This document shows, piece after piece, positions 1-14,379 of a stretch of DNA of 64,000 bases. Where the stretch lies: the NCBI GenBank assembly GCA_963843575.1, contig CAWJKZ010000013.1, positions 640,001-704,000 on the forward strand, given 5' to 3'. This DNA comes from an uncultured Acidobacteriota bacterium (GTDB lineage Bacteria > Acidobacteriota > UBA6911). The notes under the pieces were generated by a model. That model was not told where the DNA came from, searched no databases, and worked only from the letters and a program-made list of their open reading frames with translations. Positions within the stretch are counted from its first letter, which is position 1. Each line of letters starts with the position of its first letter. A program made the position numbers and the translations under genes.

Positions 1-15
1 TAGGAGCGCGGACTC

Positions 16-1125
16 ATGGAATTCACCGTTAAGAGAAGCGACCTATTCGGCGAGTTGACCCTGGTCCAGGGCGTGATCGAGAAGAAGAGCACCATCCCGA
101 TCCTCTCCAACATCCTGCTGGAGGCCACGGGCAGCACCCTTGGAATTACCGCGACCGATCTCGACGTGAGCATATGCTGCGGCTGTCCCGCGACCGTCGA
201 GACCGAGGGGACGACGACCGTTTCCGCGCGGCGCCTGCACGAAATCGTGCGGCTGCTGCCAGAGGATGCCGAAATCCGTTTTTCGCTCATGGAAAACGAG
301 TGGGTCGGGATCCAATCGGGCAACGCGCAGTACAAGATCGTGGGGCTGCCGAAAGAGAACTTCCCGTCCATACCCGACGCCGTGCAGTCGGGGATTGCCA
401 TCCCCGGAAGCCTGCTCCGCGCAATGATCCAGCGCACCATGTTCGCCATCACACAGGAGGAATCGCGCTATTCGCTCAACGGCGCGCAGCTGCTGCTCGA
501 CTCCCAGCAGATCCGGATGGTCGCCACCGACGGTCACCGTCTGGCCCTGGTCTCCAAGCAGGTGGACGTGCCCGGCCTCTCCGCGGAGCTGAAAGTCCTC
601 ATCCCCCGTAAGACCCTCGTGGAACTCCAGAAACTCCTCGGGGACCAGGACACGATCGTCGAGTTCGGCCGCGACGAGAACCACCTCTTCTTCGGCATCG
701 GACGGAAGAGGCTCGTGTCACGCATCCTGGCGGGACAGTTCCCCAACTACGAGATGGTCATCCCGCACGACAACGACAAGCATGTCACGGCCTCGACGCG
801 GCTGCTGGGCGACGGCATCAGGCGGGCCGCCGTCATGTCCGACGAAAAACTCAAGGCCATCCGTGTCTCGCTCTCCCCGGGGACGATCGAGTTGACGGCG
901 AGCAGCGCCGAAGCCGGTGAAGCCCGCGATGTCGTGCCCGTCCAGTATGAGGGAACCTCGATGGATATCGGTTTCAACCCCAATTACATCCTCGATTTCC
1001 TCGGTGCGTGCGGCACGGAGAACGTAACGCTGTCGGTGAGGGATTCCGAGACGCAGGGGTTACTGGCCCCGGAAGGGCCCGCCGACCTTGACTACCGGTA
1101 CGTCGTCATGCCTATGAAGTTTTAG
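16..1125 (+). CDS. dnaN: DNA polymerase III beta sliding clamp
   Basis: 369 aa; [33 protein letters not shown] and C-terminal YVVMPM motifs; AGGAG RBS upstream. Confidence 0.98.
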   Translation: MEFTVKRSDLFGELTLVQGVIEKKSTIPILSNILLEATGSTLGITATDLDVSICCGCPATVETEGTTTVSARRLHEIVRLLPEDAEIRFSLMENEWVGIQSGNAQYKIVGLPKENFPSIPDAVQSGIAIPGSLLRAMIQRTMFAITQEESRYSLNGAQLLLDSQQIRMVATDGHRLALVSKQVDVPGLSAELKVLIPRKTLVELQKLLGDQDTIVEFGRDENHLFFGIGRKRLVSRILAGQFPNYEMVIPHDNDKHVTASTRLLGDGIRRAAVMSDEKLKAIRVSLSPGTIELTASSAEAGEARDVVPVQYEGTSMDIGFNPNYILDFLGACGTENVTLSVRDSETQGLLAPEGPADLDYRYVVMPMKF

Positions 1126-1159
1126 GCGGCCGGCCGCGGCTCCGGACAGGCTCCCAGGC

Positions 1160-2257
1160 GTGCGGGTACTCAGACTCCGGGTTTTTCACTATCGCAATCT
1201 CCATGACGCCGAGATCGAGTTCTCTCCGGGCGCCAACGTCTTCGTCGGACGCAACGGCCAGGGCAAAACCAACCTCCTCGACGGCTATCTACCTGCTCGG
1301 CTACGGCAAAAGCTTCCGCACCGCCAATCCACGCGAGTGCATCCGCCACGGCCAGGAGGAATGTCGCGTCGAAGGGACGGTCGAACAGGGCACCGTGAGC
1401 GCGCACCCTGCAGGTCCGGATCACCGGGACCGAGAAAAAGCTGCTGATCCACGGCAAACCGGCGCCGCTCGAGGAGCTTCTTCGGCAGCCTGCACGTGTC
1501 CGCCTTCACAAGCGGGCACCTGGATATCGTCCGCGGCGCGCCGGCCGAACGCAGGGCCTTCCTGGATCGCGCGATGATCACCCTCTACCCTGGCCACGTG
1601 CGCCGCCTCGCGACCTACGGGCGTGCGCTCAAGCAGCGCAACCGGCTGCTGGCCGACGGACGCGACCGCGGCGGCCCGGTCGACGAGGCCTGCTCGGCAC
1701 CTGGGACGAAACCCTGGTGCGCGAAGGCTCGCGTGTAATCCGCGACCGCGGCGCGTACGTCAGCGCATGAAGGATGAATTGCCGGAGGGAATCTTCGGCG
1801 CCGAGTCGCTCAAGTTCCACTACCTCTCCGCGCTGCGCGCGCACTCGCGGACACCGCCGAGATCGAGGAACGGTTCCGCGCGCGCCTGGCCTGGAGGCGC
1901 GCGCGCAGGACCTGCGGCTGGGATTCACCACCGTCGGGCCTCACCGCGACGACCTCAAGACTGTTCCTCAACGGCAAACCGCTCGCCCAGTTCGGTTCGG
2001 CCGGACAGCAGCGCAGCAGCCTCCTGTCGCTTTATTTCTCGCAGATGGAGATCCACCGCAAGTTGCACGGGTTCTACCCGGTCTTCCTCGTCGACGACGT
2101 CGAGGCCGAACTCGACGACGCGCGCCTGCGCTCCTTCGTCCAGTACCTCTCCGACCGGACCCAGACCTTCCTGACCACCGCAAAGGAGAGCCTCGTTCCG
2201 GAGGCGTCCGGCGCAGTGAGACACTTCAGAATCACCGATGGCATCGTCTCGGGCTGA
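1160..2257 (+). CDS. recF: DNA replication/repair ATPase RecF (split by several apparent indels)
   Basis: Walker [28 protein letters not shown] and [10 protein letters not shown] occur in successive frames; position between dnaN and gyrB. Confidence 0.92.
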
Positions 2258-2414
2258 GTCACGCGCAGGCCCTCGGACGCTTCGCATTCTGCCCGCTCGG
2301 CCTCCATCATCCCGAGCGCACCGCGGGATCTAGGTGCATCAGGGTAAACCGAACATTTCAAATGATTTGACACCGCCGTCAGAGCACAAAAAACTCCTCA
2401 GTTTTGACCCGGTT

Positions 2415-2425
2415 TGTGGTATAAT
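2415..2425 (+). promoter_or_regulatory. Extended -10 sigma70 promoter for gyrB
   Basis: TGTGgTATAAT, a perfect extended -10, in the AT-rich recF-gyrB gap. Confidence 0.7.
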
Positions 2426-2526
2426 TTTCCGGTCGTTTGGCAGTCAAATAACTCCTTGGAAATAAAACGCTTATTTCCATTCTGTTGAGGTGGGCGGGCG
2501 GAGCAAGAAACGCACCGCCGCGATAG

Positions 2527-5010
<2,484 letters not shown>

Positions 5011-5019
5011 TCCCGCACC

Positions 5020-7473
5020 ATGAACGAAGCCTTGGAACAGATCCCGGTCAACATCATCGACGAGATGCGCAAGTCCTACCTGGACTATGCGATGAGCGTC
5101 ATCATCGGCAGGGCCCTGCCCGATGCGCGCGACGGGCTGAAGCCCGTCCACCGGCGCGTGCTCTTCGCGATGAACGACCTGGGCAACACCTACAACAAGG
5201 CCTACAAGAAGTCGGCGCGCATCGTCGGCGACGTCATCGGCAAGTACCATCCGCACGGGGAGAGCGCGGTCTACGACACGATCGTGCGCCTGGTGCAGGA
5301 CTTCTCGATCCGCTACCCGCTGATCGACGGGCAGGGGAATTTCGGGTCCGTCGACGGCGACAATGCGGCGGCGATGCGCTACACCGAGGTGCGCATGGCG
5401 CGGCTCGCCGACGAAATGCTGGCCGACATCGACAAGGAGACGGTCGACTTCGGCCCGAACTACGACGATTCGCTCAAGGAGCCGCTGGTCCTGCCCGCGA
5501 AGTTCCCCAACCTGCTGGTGAACGGCTCCTCCGGCATCGCCGTCGGGATGGCGACCAACGTGCCGCCGCACAACCTGCGCGAGATCATCGCCGCCACCAT
5601 TCTGCTGATCGAGAAGCCCGACGCGACCCTGGACGACCTGATGGCGCTGGTGCCCGGCCCCGATTTCCCGACCGCGGGCTTCATTTACGGCCGCGGCGGA
5701 ATCCGCGCGGCCTACCAGACCGGCCGCGGCATCGTCGTCATGCGCGCGCGGGCGGCGATCGAAAAGATGTCCCGCGACCGCGAAGCCATCATCGTCACGG
5801 AAATCCCCTACCAGACCAACAAGGCGAGGCTGATCGAGCGCATCGCCGAGCTGGTGCGGGACAAAAAGCTCGAGGGGGTCAGCGACCTGCGCGACGAATC
5901 CGACCGCGAGGGGATGCGCATCGTGATCGAGCTCAAGAGAGACGAGCCGGCCCAGGTCGTCCTCAACAACCTCTACAAGCTCACCCCGATGCAGTCGAGC
6001 TTCGGCATCATCCTGCTCGCTATCGTCAACAACCAGCCGCGCGTCCTGACTCTGCGCGAGGCACTCGACTGCTTCATCGAGCACCGCAAGGACGTCGTGC
6101 GCCGGCGCACCATCTTCGAACTGCGCAAGGCCGAGGCGCGCGCCCACATCCTCGAAGGGCTCAAGCGCGCCCTGGACATGCTCGACGCCGATCATCGCGC
6201 TGATCCGGGCCTCCAAGGAGCCCGCCGTCGCCAAGCAGGGTCTGATGGCCCAGTTCCAGTTCAGCGCCGAACAGGCCCAGGCCATCCTGGACATGCGGCT
6301 GCAGCGCCTGACCGGCCTGGAGCGCGAGAAAATCGTCCAGGAGTACGAGGAGATGCTCAAGCTGATCGCGCGGCTCAAGGAGATCCTGGCCAGCGAAAAG
6401 GTGCTCGAGGGGGTCATCATCGAGGAGCTGAGGGAGCTGGAGAAGAACTACGGCGACGAGCGGCGCACCGAGATCGTCGACGAGGAGGTCGAGATCACCC
6501 TCGAGGACCTCATCGCCGACGAGGACGTCGTCATCACGGTGACGCACTCCGGCTACATCAAGCGGACCAGCGCCTCGCTCTACCACAGCCAGGGGCGCGG
6601 CGGCAAGGGCCGGATCGGGATGACGACGCCGCGACGAGGACTTCATCGACCACGTCTTCGTCGCCTCCACCCACAGCTATCTGCTGATATTCACCAACCG
6701 CGGACAGGTCTACTGGCTCAAGGTCTACGAGATCCCGGACGTCGGCACGGCCGGCAAAGGGAAGGCCATCGTCAACCTCGTCAACCTGTCGAAGGACGAG
6801 AAGATCGCGGACATCATCTCGGTCAAGGACTTCGAGAGCGAGCGCTACGTCATGATGGCGACGCGCAACGGCATCGTGAAGAAGACCGCGCTGGCCGAGT
6901 ATTCCAACCCGCGCAGCGCCGGCATCATCGCCATCCACGTCCCGGAGGACGACGAGCTCATCGGTTGCCAGCTCACCGACGGCTCCTACGACGTCCTGCT
7001 GGCGACCCACCGCGGCAAGGCGATCCGCTTCTCGGAGAGCGACGTGCGCGACATGGGAAGGACCGCGCGCGGGGTCATCGGCATCCGGCTGGCCGAAGAC
7101 GATCACGTGGTCGCGATGTCGACGCTTAAGGGGGAGGGCCATTTCCTGACCGTCACCGAGAAAGGCTTCGGCAAGCGCACCGCCGTCGACGAATACCCGC
7201 GCCAGGGGCGCGGCGGCATGGGAGTCATCAACGTCAGGGTCGGCGCGAAGAACGGCAACGTCGTCAACACCTGCCATGTGCGCGAAGACTCGTCCGTCAT
7301 GCTCATCACCGCGCAGGGAAAGCTCATCCAGATCAACGTCGAGGACATCCGCAATACTCAGACCCGGGCCGCGGTCGGGGTGAAGTGCATCGAGCCTGGA
7401 CGAGGGCGATTACGTCGCGAGCGTCACGGTCGTCGCCGCCGAGGAGACGGCGCCCGAAGGAGAAACGGAGTGA
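5020..7473 (+). CDS. gyrA: DNA gyrase subunit A (frameshifted in assembly)
   Basis: [27 protein letters not shown] catalytic Tyr, GyrA-box-like QGRGGKG, C-terminal pinwheel repeats; frame changes near 6190, 6630 and 7395. Confidence 0.97.
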
Positions 7474-8327
7474 GGCGCGCGGCTGCGGTGCTTCTGCTCG
7501 GGCTCTTTCTCGGCCTGACCGCCTGCAATTCCAGCTCGCACCAGATGCTCGAGCTCGCCGAGGCGCGCTGGCGCGAAGGCAACTACGACGACGCCATCCG
7601 GCTGAACACGCTGCTGTACAAGCGCGACCGCGAAGGCAAGTTCGGCGCGCAGGCACTGCTCAACATCGGGAACATCTACTACCTGAACCTGAGAAAGCTC
7701 AAGGACGCCGTCGAAAACTACACGAGGCTGGTCGAGGAGTTCCCGGACCGCCCCGAAGCATACAAGGCGCGCCTGCAGCTGGCTGCTATCTACGCCAACG
7801 AGATCGGCGACCTCAACCAGGCGATCTCCGAATACGACAAGATACTGACGTGGCCCCAACTCGAGAACCGGCAGGAGATCGAGTTTCAGCGCGCCAACAC
7901 CTTCTTCCGCAAAGACGACTACACCGGCGCGCTGCGCGAGTTGCGCCGCATCGAGGAGAGCGGTCTCACCGGGCACCTCGCCGACCAGGTCGCGCTGAAG
8001 ATCGGCAACATCTACCAGATCCAGAACCGCTACGACGACGCCGTCGCCATGTTCCAGCGGGTGTCGGCCTCCCCCTGCATCGAATGCCGCCGCCGCGCGA
8101 TCGTGCACCTCATGGAAAGCTACGAGGCGCAACGCGATTTCGACCGCGCAATCGAGGCCATCCGCAAGCTGGACTCTCCGGAAAACGACGTGCGCGTCGC
8201 CCGCGAGGTGACACGGCTGAGCGAACGCCGCAACCAAGTCGGGTCTGGCACGGTCTTGGACTGGGCCGCCGCCCGTGCGACCCCGGCGCGCCGCGCGCGG
8301 CTGCCGCGCGCACGCCGTTCCAGGTGA
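7470..8327 (+). CDS. TPR-repeat lipoprotein (BamD/CpoB-like fold)
   Basis: GTG overlaps the gyrA TGA; signal peptide with lipobox LTAC; tandem TPR-like helices (ALLNIGNIY, ALKIGNIY). Confidence 0.8.
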   Translation: MRRAAAVLLLGLFLGLTACNSSSHQMLELAEARWREGNYDDAIRLNTLLYKRDREGKFGAQALLNIGNIYYLNLRKLKDAVENYTRLVEEFPDRPEAYKARLQLAAIYANEIGDLNQAISEYDKILTWPQLENRQEIEFQRANTFFRKDDYTGALRELRRIEESGLTGHLADQVALKIGNIYQIQNRYDDAVAMFQRVSASPCIECRRRAIVHLMESYEAQRDFDRAIEAIRKLDSPENDVRVAREVTRLSERRNQVGSGTVLDWAAARATPARRARLPRARRSR

Positions 8328-8388
8328 GCTCCGACCGCCGGTCGCGAGGGGGACCTTCCCTCGGGCTAACTTCCTGAAGCATTTGGCC

Positions 8389-8417
8389 TTGACTCCGATG
8401 AGCCGGAGGCGTACTTT
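8389..8417 (+). promoter_or_regulatory. sigma70 promoter for rpsU
   Basis: TTGACT-N17-TACTTT followed by TAAGGAGG RBS. Confidence 0.65.
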
Positions 8418-8446
8418 AACCGCTTGTCCGTAAGGAGGTGTTTAGC

Positions 8447-8644
8447 TTGGCGGAAGTCATTCTGAATGAAGGTGAGTCGCTCGAAAGCGCACTGCGGCGC
8501 TTCAAGCGCAAGGTTCAGCAGGAAGACATCATCAAGGATGTCAAGAAGCATTCCTTCTATTTGAAACCTGGCGAGAAGAAGCGCATCAAGCAGGCCTTGG
8601 CGCGCAAACGCCTCCGCAAGAAGATGCGGAACCTGCGCGGATAG
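8447..8644 (+). CDS. rpsU: 30S ribosomal protein S21
   Basis: ESLESALRRFKRKV...FYLKPGEKKR; TTG start after strong RBS. Confidence 0.96.
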   Translation: MAEVILNEGESLESALRRFKRKVQQEDIIKDVKKHSFYLKPGEKKRIKQALARKRLRKKMRNLRG

Positions 8645-8807
8645 CCGGCCGGCAGGCTTTCCCCGTCGTCGACCGCCACACCGCAGACCACGGGCTGCGG
8701 CGCATTCTGTGGAAAGCAAGCAGTTCGTAAGCGGCAAGCTATCGTTTCCACGACCCCCGTCGCAGGGGTTACGGGCAACGATAGCTTTTCTCTTTTTGGG
8801 CACATCG

Positions 8808-10112
8808 ATGCGCGCCGTTGACCTGATACGGAAGAAGCGCGATGGCGGTGAACTCTCCCCGGAAGATATCGCCTTCGTCGTCGACGGATGCTGTAGCGGC
8901 GACATCCCCGACTATCAGATCTCGGCGTTCCTGATGGCCGTGTTTTTCCGCGGCATGACGGAACGTGAAATGGTCGCGCTCACGGAGCGGATGCGCACCT
9001 CGGGCGAGACGATGGACCTGAGCAGCCTGCCCGCCCTGAAGGTCGACAAGCACTCTACCGGAGGCGTAGGGGACAAGACGTCCCTGGTGATCGCACCCGC
9101 CGTGGCCGCTGCCGGTCTGATCGTGCCGATGATTTCCGGTCGCGGGCTCGGCCACACCGGCGGGACCCTGGACAAGCTCGAGTCCATCCCCGGCTTCCAG
9201 GTGGCGCTGAGCGGGGCGAGGTTCAAGGAGATCCTGTCTGCCACAGGCATCGCTATGATCGGGCAGACGGCGGACTTGGTCCCGGCCGACCGCAAGCTAT
9301 ATGCGCTGCGCGACGTGACGTCGACTATCGACAGCCTCCCGCTGATTACCGCGAGCATCATGAGCAAGAAGCTGGCGGAAGGGATTGACGGCCTGGTGCT
9401 CGACGTCAAGACGGGCAGCGGCGCCTTCATGAAGACGGAGGAGGAAGCCGAGGCGCTCGCTCGGGCGATGGTCGGGGTCGGCCGCTCCTGCGGCAAGAGG
9501 GTGAGGGCGCTGGTGACCGATATGAACCAGCCGCTGGGAGAGTGGGTGGGCAACGCGCTGGAAGTGGTCGAGGCGCTCGAAGTCCTGAAGGGGGGCGGGC
9601 CGGAGGACACGCGCGCGCTGTGCGAGGAGCTGTCGGCCCACTGCATGGTGTTGGGGGAGGCGGCCCCGTCCCTGGCCCTCGGCCGGACGCTTTACCGCGA
9701 GGTGATCGGTTCCGGCCGGGCCCTCGGGCGTTTCCGGGATATGGTGGCGGCGCAGGGGGGCGACCCGTCCGTGGTCGACGACTACTCCGTCCTGCCGCGG
9801 GCGCGGAAGACCGCACAGGTGCCGTCGCCCGCTTCCGGGTTCGTCGAGGCGATCGACACGGAGGCCCTGGGCCGGGCCGCGGGCGTCCTCGGCGCCGGGC
9901 GCGCGACCGTCCAGTCGCCCATCGACCCTGCGGTCGGATTACAGGTTCACAAGAAGATCGGCGATGCCGTCGGGCGCGGCGAAGCGCTCTGCACGGTGCT
10001 GTACAACGACGACGAGCTCGGCCGCGAGGCTTGCCGGCGCGTCCTCGAGTGCTACAGGATAGCTCCGGTGCAGCCCGCCCGGCCGGTGCTGATCAGAAAG
10101 ACCGTGTCCTAG
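8808..10112 (+). CDS. pdp: Pyrimidine-nucleoside (thymidine) phosphorylase
   Basis: DKHSTGGVGDK, SGRGLGHTGGTLDKLESIPG, SIMSKK, LDVKTGSGAF. Confidence 0.95.
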   Translation: MRAVDLIRKKRDGGELSPEDIAFVVDGCCSGDIPDYQISAFLMAVFFRGMTEREMVALTERMRTSGETMDLSSLPALKVDKHSTGGVGDKTSLVIAPAVAAAGLIVPMISGRGLGHTGGTLDKLESIPGFQVALSGARFKEILSATGIAMIGQTADLVPADRKLYALRDVTSTIDSLPLITASIMSKKLAEGIDGLVLDVKTGSGAFMKTEEEAEALARAMVGVGRSCGKRVRALVTDMNQPLGEWVGNALEVVEALEVLKGGGPEDTRALCEELSAHCMVLGEAAPSLALGRTLYREVIGSGRALGRFRDMVAAQGGDPSVVDDYSVLPRARKTAQVPSPASGFVEAIDTEALGRAAGVLGAGRATVQSPIDPAVGLQVHKKIGDAVGRGEALCTVLYNDDELGREACRRVLECYRIAPVQPARPVLIRKTVS

Positions 10113-10232
10113 CGCGGCGGTTTTGCGCCTGGCACGAATCATGCAGGTGGTGGTGAAAACTGCATGTCGTCGGAGAGCCTCTCGAAGGCCGACCTCGGAA
10201 GCTCCGGCCATCTCGAGGAGCGAGGAGCCCCC

Positions 10233-11081
10233 GTGTACACGAACCTGCAGGAGACCGTATCCGCCGTCCTCATGCGCCACGCCCGGCCGCCCGCCGTGGG
10301 ATTGATCCTCGGCTCGGGTCTGGGCGCCTTTGCCGACACCCTCGAAAACCGCACCGTCGTCGCGTTCGACGAGTTGCCGCACTTCCCGCGCTCGACTGTG
10401 GCGGGGCACCCCGGCAGGCTGGTGCTCGGCATGTGGGCCGGCGTGCCCATTGCGGCGTTGCAGGGGAGGGTACACCATTACGAGGGCTACACGACGGCGG
10501 AAGTTGCCTACCCGGTGCGCGTGCTCGGCTGCCTCGGGGTGCGCCAGCTCATCGTCACCAACGCGGCCGGCGGGGTGAACACGTCCTTCCGCCCCGGCGA
10601 CCTGATGCTGATCACCGATCACCTCAACCTTACGGGCGGCAACCCCCTGATCGGCCCGAACATCGAGGAGCTGGGAGTACGCTTCCCCGACATGAGCGAG
10701 GCGTACAATAAAGAGATGCGCACCGTCGCGCTGCGTTCCGCCGGACGACTTGGTATTGAGATGCGCCAGGGCGTCTATGTCGGTCTCGCCGGGCCCAGCT
10801 ATGAGACGCCCGCCGAGATCCGGATGTGCCGCGCCCTCGGCGCCGACGCCGTCGGAATGTCGACGATAGCCGAGGTGATCGCGGCCAATCACATGGGGGT
10901 CCGGGTGCTGGGCATCTCCTGCATCACCAACATGGCCGCGGGGATCCTCCCCCGCAAGTTGACCCACGGCGAGGTGATTGAGACGACCGAGCGGGTTCAG
11001 AAGCAGTTCATCGCGCTGCTGCAGGAAATCGTGCCGCAACTCCCGGCCCTGATCAGCGCCGGCTCAGGCGAACGGCCATGA
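10233..11081 (+). CDS. punA: Purine nucleoside phosphorylase (trimeric type)
   Basis: ILGSGLG, QGRVHHYEG, TNAAGG, GPSYETPAE, VGMST; GTG start after GAGGAG. Confidence 0.93.
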   Translation: MYTNLQETVSAVLMRHARPPAVGLILGSGLGAFADTLENRTVVAFDELPHFPRSTVAGHPGRLVLGMWAGVPIAALQGRVHHYEGYTTAEVAYPVRVLGCLGVRQLIVTNAAGGVNTSFRPGDLMLITDHLNLTGGNPLIGPNIEELGVRFPDMSEAYNKEMRTVALRSAGRLGIEMRQGVYVGLAGPSYETPAEIRMCRALGADAVGMSTIAEVIAANHMGVRVLGISCITNMAAGILPRKLTHGEVIETTERVQKQFIALLQEIVPQLPALISAGSGERP

Positions 11082-11506
11082 GAATCTCCGAGTTGGTGGG
11101 TGAGGCGCGCCGGTACCGGGACAATGCGCGGGCGTCGCATTCGGGATTCGCGGTGGGGGCGGCGCTGCAGTGCCGCGGCGGCAAGGTTTACGGAGGCTGC
11201 AACATCGAGAACGCCACGTACGGGTTGACGGTCTGTGCGGAGCGCGTCGCGGTGTGGAAGGCGGTGTCGGAGGGGGAAACCGTCTTCCGGCGCATCGCGA
11301 TCGTGGCCGACACCGAAGACCTGACTCCCCCATGCGGGCCCTGCAGGCAGATCCTGTGGGAGTTTTGCGGCGACCTGGAAGTGATTCTGTCCAACTTGAA
11401 GGGCCGGAGGAACGCCTACAGGCTCAAGGACCTCTTCCCCCTGCCATTCGACAGCCGTTTCCTCGACGACGGCGCCCGGAAGGGCGCCCTCAACCCCCGG
11501 GTGTGA
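11078..11506 (+). CDS. cdd: Cytidine deaminase
   Basis: GCNIENA, CAER and PCGPCRQ zinc motifs; ATGA overlap with punA. Confidence 0.95.
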   Translation: MRISELVGEARRYRDNARASHSGFAVGAALQCRGGKVYGGCNIENATYGLTVCAERVAVWKAVSEGETVFRRIAIVADTEDLTPPCGPCRQILWEFCGDLEVILSNLKGRRNAYRLKDLFPLPFDSRFLDDGARKGALNPRV

Positions 11507-13005
11507 CCTTGCCTTCGTCCCAACGCACCGCAGAGGCGCGGATAGCCCGCCCGCAGACCTTGAAGGGTGTACCCCGCGGCCACGGCGCCGCTCCGCCGGT
11601 TCTTCGCGGACTTTGGCGCGGCTTGATCCTCCTGAGCGCGTTCGGTACCGCGCTGGCAGCCCTGCCAGGCGCCCGGGCAAAGGACAAGGCGGACATCCTC
11701 GTCAGCGGGGCCACGGTCGTCACCCTCGACGGTGCGGGCCGGATCCTCCAGGATGGTGCGATCGCTGTCACAGGGCAGCGCATCATCGCGCTCGGCCCCT
11801 CGGCCGAGCTGCGGGCGCGTTACGCCGCTTCCCGCACCATCGACGGCCGCGGCCAGATCGCAATGCCCGGCCTCGTCAACGGGCACAACCACGCCCCGAT
11901 GGTCCTGTTCAGGGGAATCGCGGACGACCTCGCCCTGATGGAATGGCTGCAGAAGTACATCTTTCCCGCCGAGGCGAAAAACGTCACGCCCGAATTCGTC
12001 GAGTGGGGGACGCTCCTGGCCTGCCTCGAGATGATCCGGTCGGGCACCACCACCTATGCGGACATGTACTATTTCGAGGATCGGGTGGCGGAAGCGACGG
12101 CACGGGCGGGACTGCGCGCCATCCTGGGGGAAACCATCATCCAGTTCCCCGTCCCGGACCACAAAACGCCCGAGGAGGCGCTCGCCTACACCGAAGCCTT
12201 CATCCGGCGCTGGAAAGGTCACCCGCGGATCGTCCCGGCCGTGGCCCCGCACGCCCCGTACACGAATTCGACGGAATCCCTGAGGGCGTGCAAGGCGCTG
12301 GCGGACAAGTACGGCGTCCCGCTGACCATACACGTCTCCGAGACGCAGGACGAAGTCGACGAGATCCGCCGGGAGCACGACGCGACCTCGACCGAGTGGC
12401 TCGAGAAGCTCGGCATCCTCGGCCCCGGCGTGATTTTCAACCACGGGGTCTGGCTCACCGAGAGGGACATGGCGCTTCTGCGCCAGCACGGCGTCAGCGT
12501 GATCCACAATCCGGAGAGCAACATGAAGCTCGCATCTGGCGTCGCGCCGATCGCGCGCATGCTGGCGCTCGGCATCGAGGTCGGGCTTGGAACGGACGGC
12601 GCGGCCAGCAACAACGATCTCGACATGTTCGAAGCGATGGACTTCGCGGCCAAGCTGCAGAAGCTCGCGGGGAAAGACCCCACACTGCTGCCGGCCCGGC
12701 AGGTGGTGGAGATGGCGACGATCGGAGGGGCACGCGCTCTGAAGCTGGACAAAGAGACGGGCTCGCTCGAACCGGGCAAGAGAGCCGATTTCATCCTCGT
12801 GGACACCTTGGGCGCCCACGCCACCCCCATGTACAACGTCTACTCGCACCTGGCGTATGCGCTGAAAGCCGCGGACGTCCGGACCATGGTTGTCGACGGC
12901 AGGATCCTGATGCTGCAGGGCCGCGTCCTGACCCTGGACGAAGCAGGCATCCGGGCGAAGGCGCGCGAGCTGCAAGCGAGGATCAAAACGACTCTTGCGA
13001 AATAA
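11503..13005 (+). CDS. mtaD: MTA/SAH deaminase-like amidohydrolase with N-terminal signal-like segment
   Basis: [34 protein letters not shown]; exact start uncertain. Confidence 0.8.
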   Translation: MTLPSSQRTAEARIARPQTLKGVPRGHGAAPPVLRGLWRGLILLSAFGTALAALPGARAKDKADILVSGATVVTLDGAGRILQDGAIAVTGQRIIALGPSAELRARYAASRTIDGRGQIAMPGLVNGHNHAPMVLFRGIADDLALMEWLQKYIFPAEAKNVTPEFVEWGTLLACLEMIRSGTTTYADMYYFEDRVAEATARAGLRAILGETIIQFPVPDHKTPEEALAYTEAFIRRWKGHPRIVPAVAPHAPYTNSTESLRACKALADKYGVPLTIHVSETQDEVDEIRREHDATSTEWLEKLGILGPGVIFNHGVWLTERDMALLRQHGVSVIHNPESNMKLASGVAPIARMLALGIEVGLGTDGAASNNDLDMFEAMDFAAKLQKLAGKDPTLLPARQVVEMATIGGARALKLDKETGSLEPGKRADFILVDTLGAHATPMYNVYSHLAYALKAADVRTMVVDGRILMLQGRVLTLDEAGIRAKARELQARIKTTLAK

Positions 13006-13012
13006 GGCGGCC

Positions 13013-14182
13013 ATGCCCCGATTTGACAGAGTGATCCTGATCGTCCTCGACAGCGTGGGCATCGGGGAGATGCCCGACGCCGGCGCCTGGGGCGATGCGG
13101 GGAGCGACACGCTCGGCCACGTGATCGATCGCGAAAAACCGGCGCTGCCCACCCTGCGGCGTCTCGGGCTTGCCAACATCCGCCCTTTCAAGGAGTTGCC
13201 CGTCCCGCCGGCAGTGTGCGGCTCCTATGGAAAGGCGGCGATCTTTTCGAACGGGAAGGATACTACCGTCGGGCACTGGGAAATGGCCGGCCTGATCACA
13301 CCCGTACCGTTCCCGACGTACCCGCGAGGCTTCCCTGCGCACATCCTCGACCCGTTCCGGCGAGCTATCGGCCGCGACGTCCTCGGCAACAAGACGGCAT
13401 CGGGCACCGAGATCATCAAGGAGCTGGGTGAAGAGCACATGCGGACGGGAAAGCCGATCGTCTACACGTCGGCGGACTCGGTCTTCCAGATCGCGGCCCA
13501 CGAAGAGGTGATCCCCCTGGACGAGCAGTACCGCATCTGCCTCGTCGCCCGCGACCTGCTTCAGGGCGCCGACCGGGTTGCGCGCGTCATCGCCCGTCCT
13601 TTCATCGGTGCGCCCGGCTCCTTCCAGCGCACCGGCCACCGCAGGGACTTCGCCATCCCGCCGCCCAGCACGACGCTCCTCGACTACCTGAAAGAAAGGG
13701 GGCTAGCGTCGGTCGGCGTTGGCAAGATCGCCTCGATTTTCGATTACCGGGGGCTCACCCGGATCCTCGAAGCCCACGACAACCGCGAGTCGGTGGACCA
13801 GACCCTGTGCGCGCTCGCCGGGACTGACCGCGGGTTGATCTTCGTCAACCTGGTCGATTTCGACATGCTCTGGGGGCATCGCAACGACCCGGCCGGGTAT
13901 GCGGGAGGGCTGGAGGAATTCGACCGCCGACTGCCGGAAGTGATGGACGCCCTGAAAGGGAACGACTGCCTGATCGTGAGCGCCGACCACGGTTGCGACC
14001 CCACGACCCCCAGCACCGATCACTCTCGGGAGTACGTGCCCCTGATCGTCTACAGCCCGGGCCTACGCGGCGGGATCGACCTCGGCACCCGCGAGTCGAT
14101 GGCGGACATCGGCCAGACCATCGCCGAGAATTTCGGCTTCGGCCTGTCGCACGGGAAGTCCTTCCTCTCCGACCTCGGCTGA
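13013..14182 (+). CDS. deoB: Phosphopentomutase
   Basis: [43 protein letters not shown]. Confidence 0.96.
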   Translation: MPRFDRVILIVLDSVGIGEMPDAGAWGDAGSDTLGHVIDREKPALPTLRRLGLANIRPFKELPVPPAVCGSYGKAAIFSNGKDTTVGHWEMAGLITPVPFPTYPRGFPAHILDPFRRAIGRDVLGNKTASGTEIIKELGEEHMRTGKPIVYTSADSVFQIAAHEEVIPLDEQYRICLVARDLLQGADRVARVIARPFIGAPGSFQRTGHRRDFAIPPPSTTLLDYLKERGLASVGVGKIASIFDYRGLTRILEAHDNRESVDQTLCALAGTDRGLIFVNLVDFDMLWGHRNDPAGYAGGLEEFDRRLPEVMDALKGNDCLIVSADHGCDPTTPSTDHSREYVPLIVYSPGLRGGIDLGTRESMADIGQTIAENFGFGLSHGKSFLSDLG

Positions 14183-14198
14183 GACGGTTTAGCGCCAG

Positions 14199-14360
14199 GC
14201 GGGTCCGGGCTTCAGCCCGGACGCGGATTGCGGTCGCGATTGAGTGCAAACTTCACTAAATAGTGCGGATTAAAAGACGTCCGGGCTGAAGCCCGGACCC
14301 ACTTGTTTTACTGGCAGGGCGGGCGGTTCAACCGTTGGACAGCCTCTTCAGCCCGGACGC
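14199..14360. repeat. REP-like doublet, family A (GTCCGGGCTTCAGCCCGGAC)
   Basis: Inverted 20-bp palindromes at 14203-14222 and 14279-14298 with GCGG/GTGG-type tags; near-copy at 24497-24662. Confidence 0.8.
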
Positions 14361-14379
14361 ACCTTGGGCGGGGCGCGTG

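Noticed and set aside
6852-8327. Apparent GyrA C-terminal domain fused to a TPR protein (491-aa ORF)
   Set aside because: Artefact of an indel near 7395; the TPR gene has its own GTG start and lipoprotein signal.
14199-14360. Palindromic repeats as a CRISPR array
   Set aside because: Units are inverted pairs, not direct repeats with regular unique spacers, and no cas genes are present.
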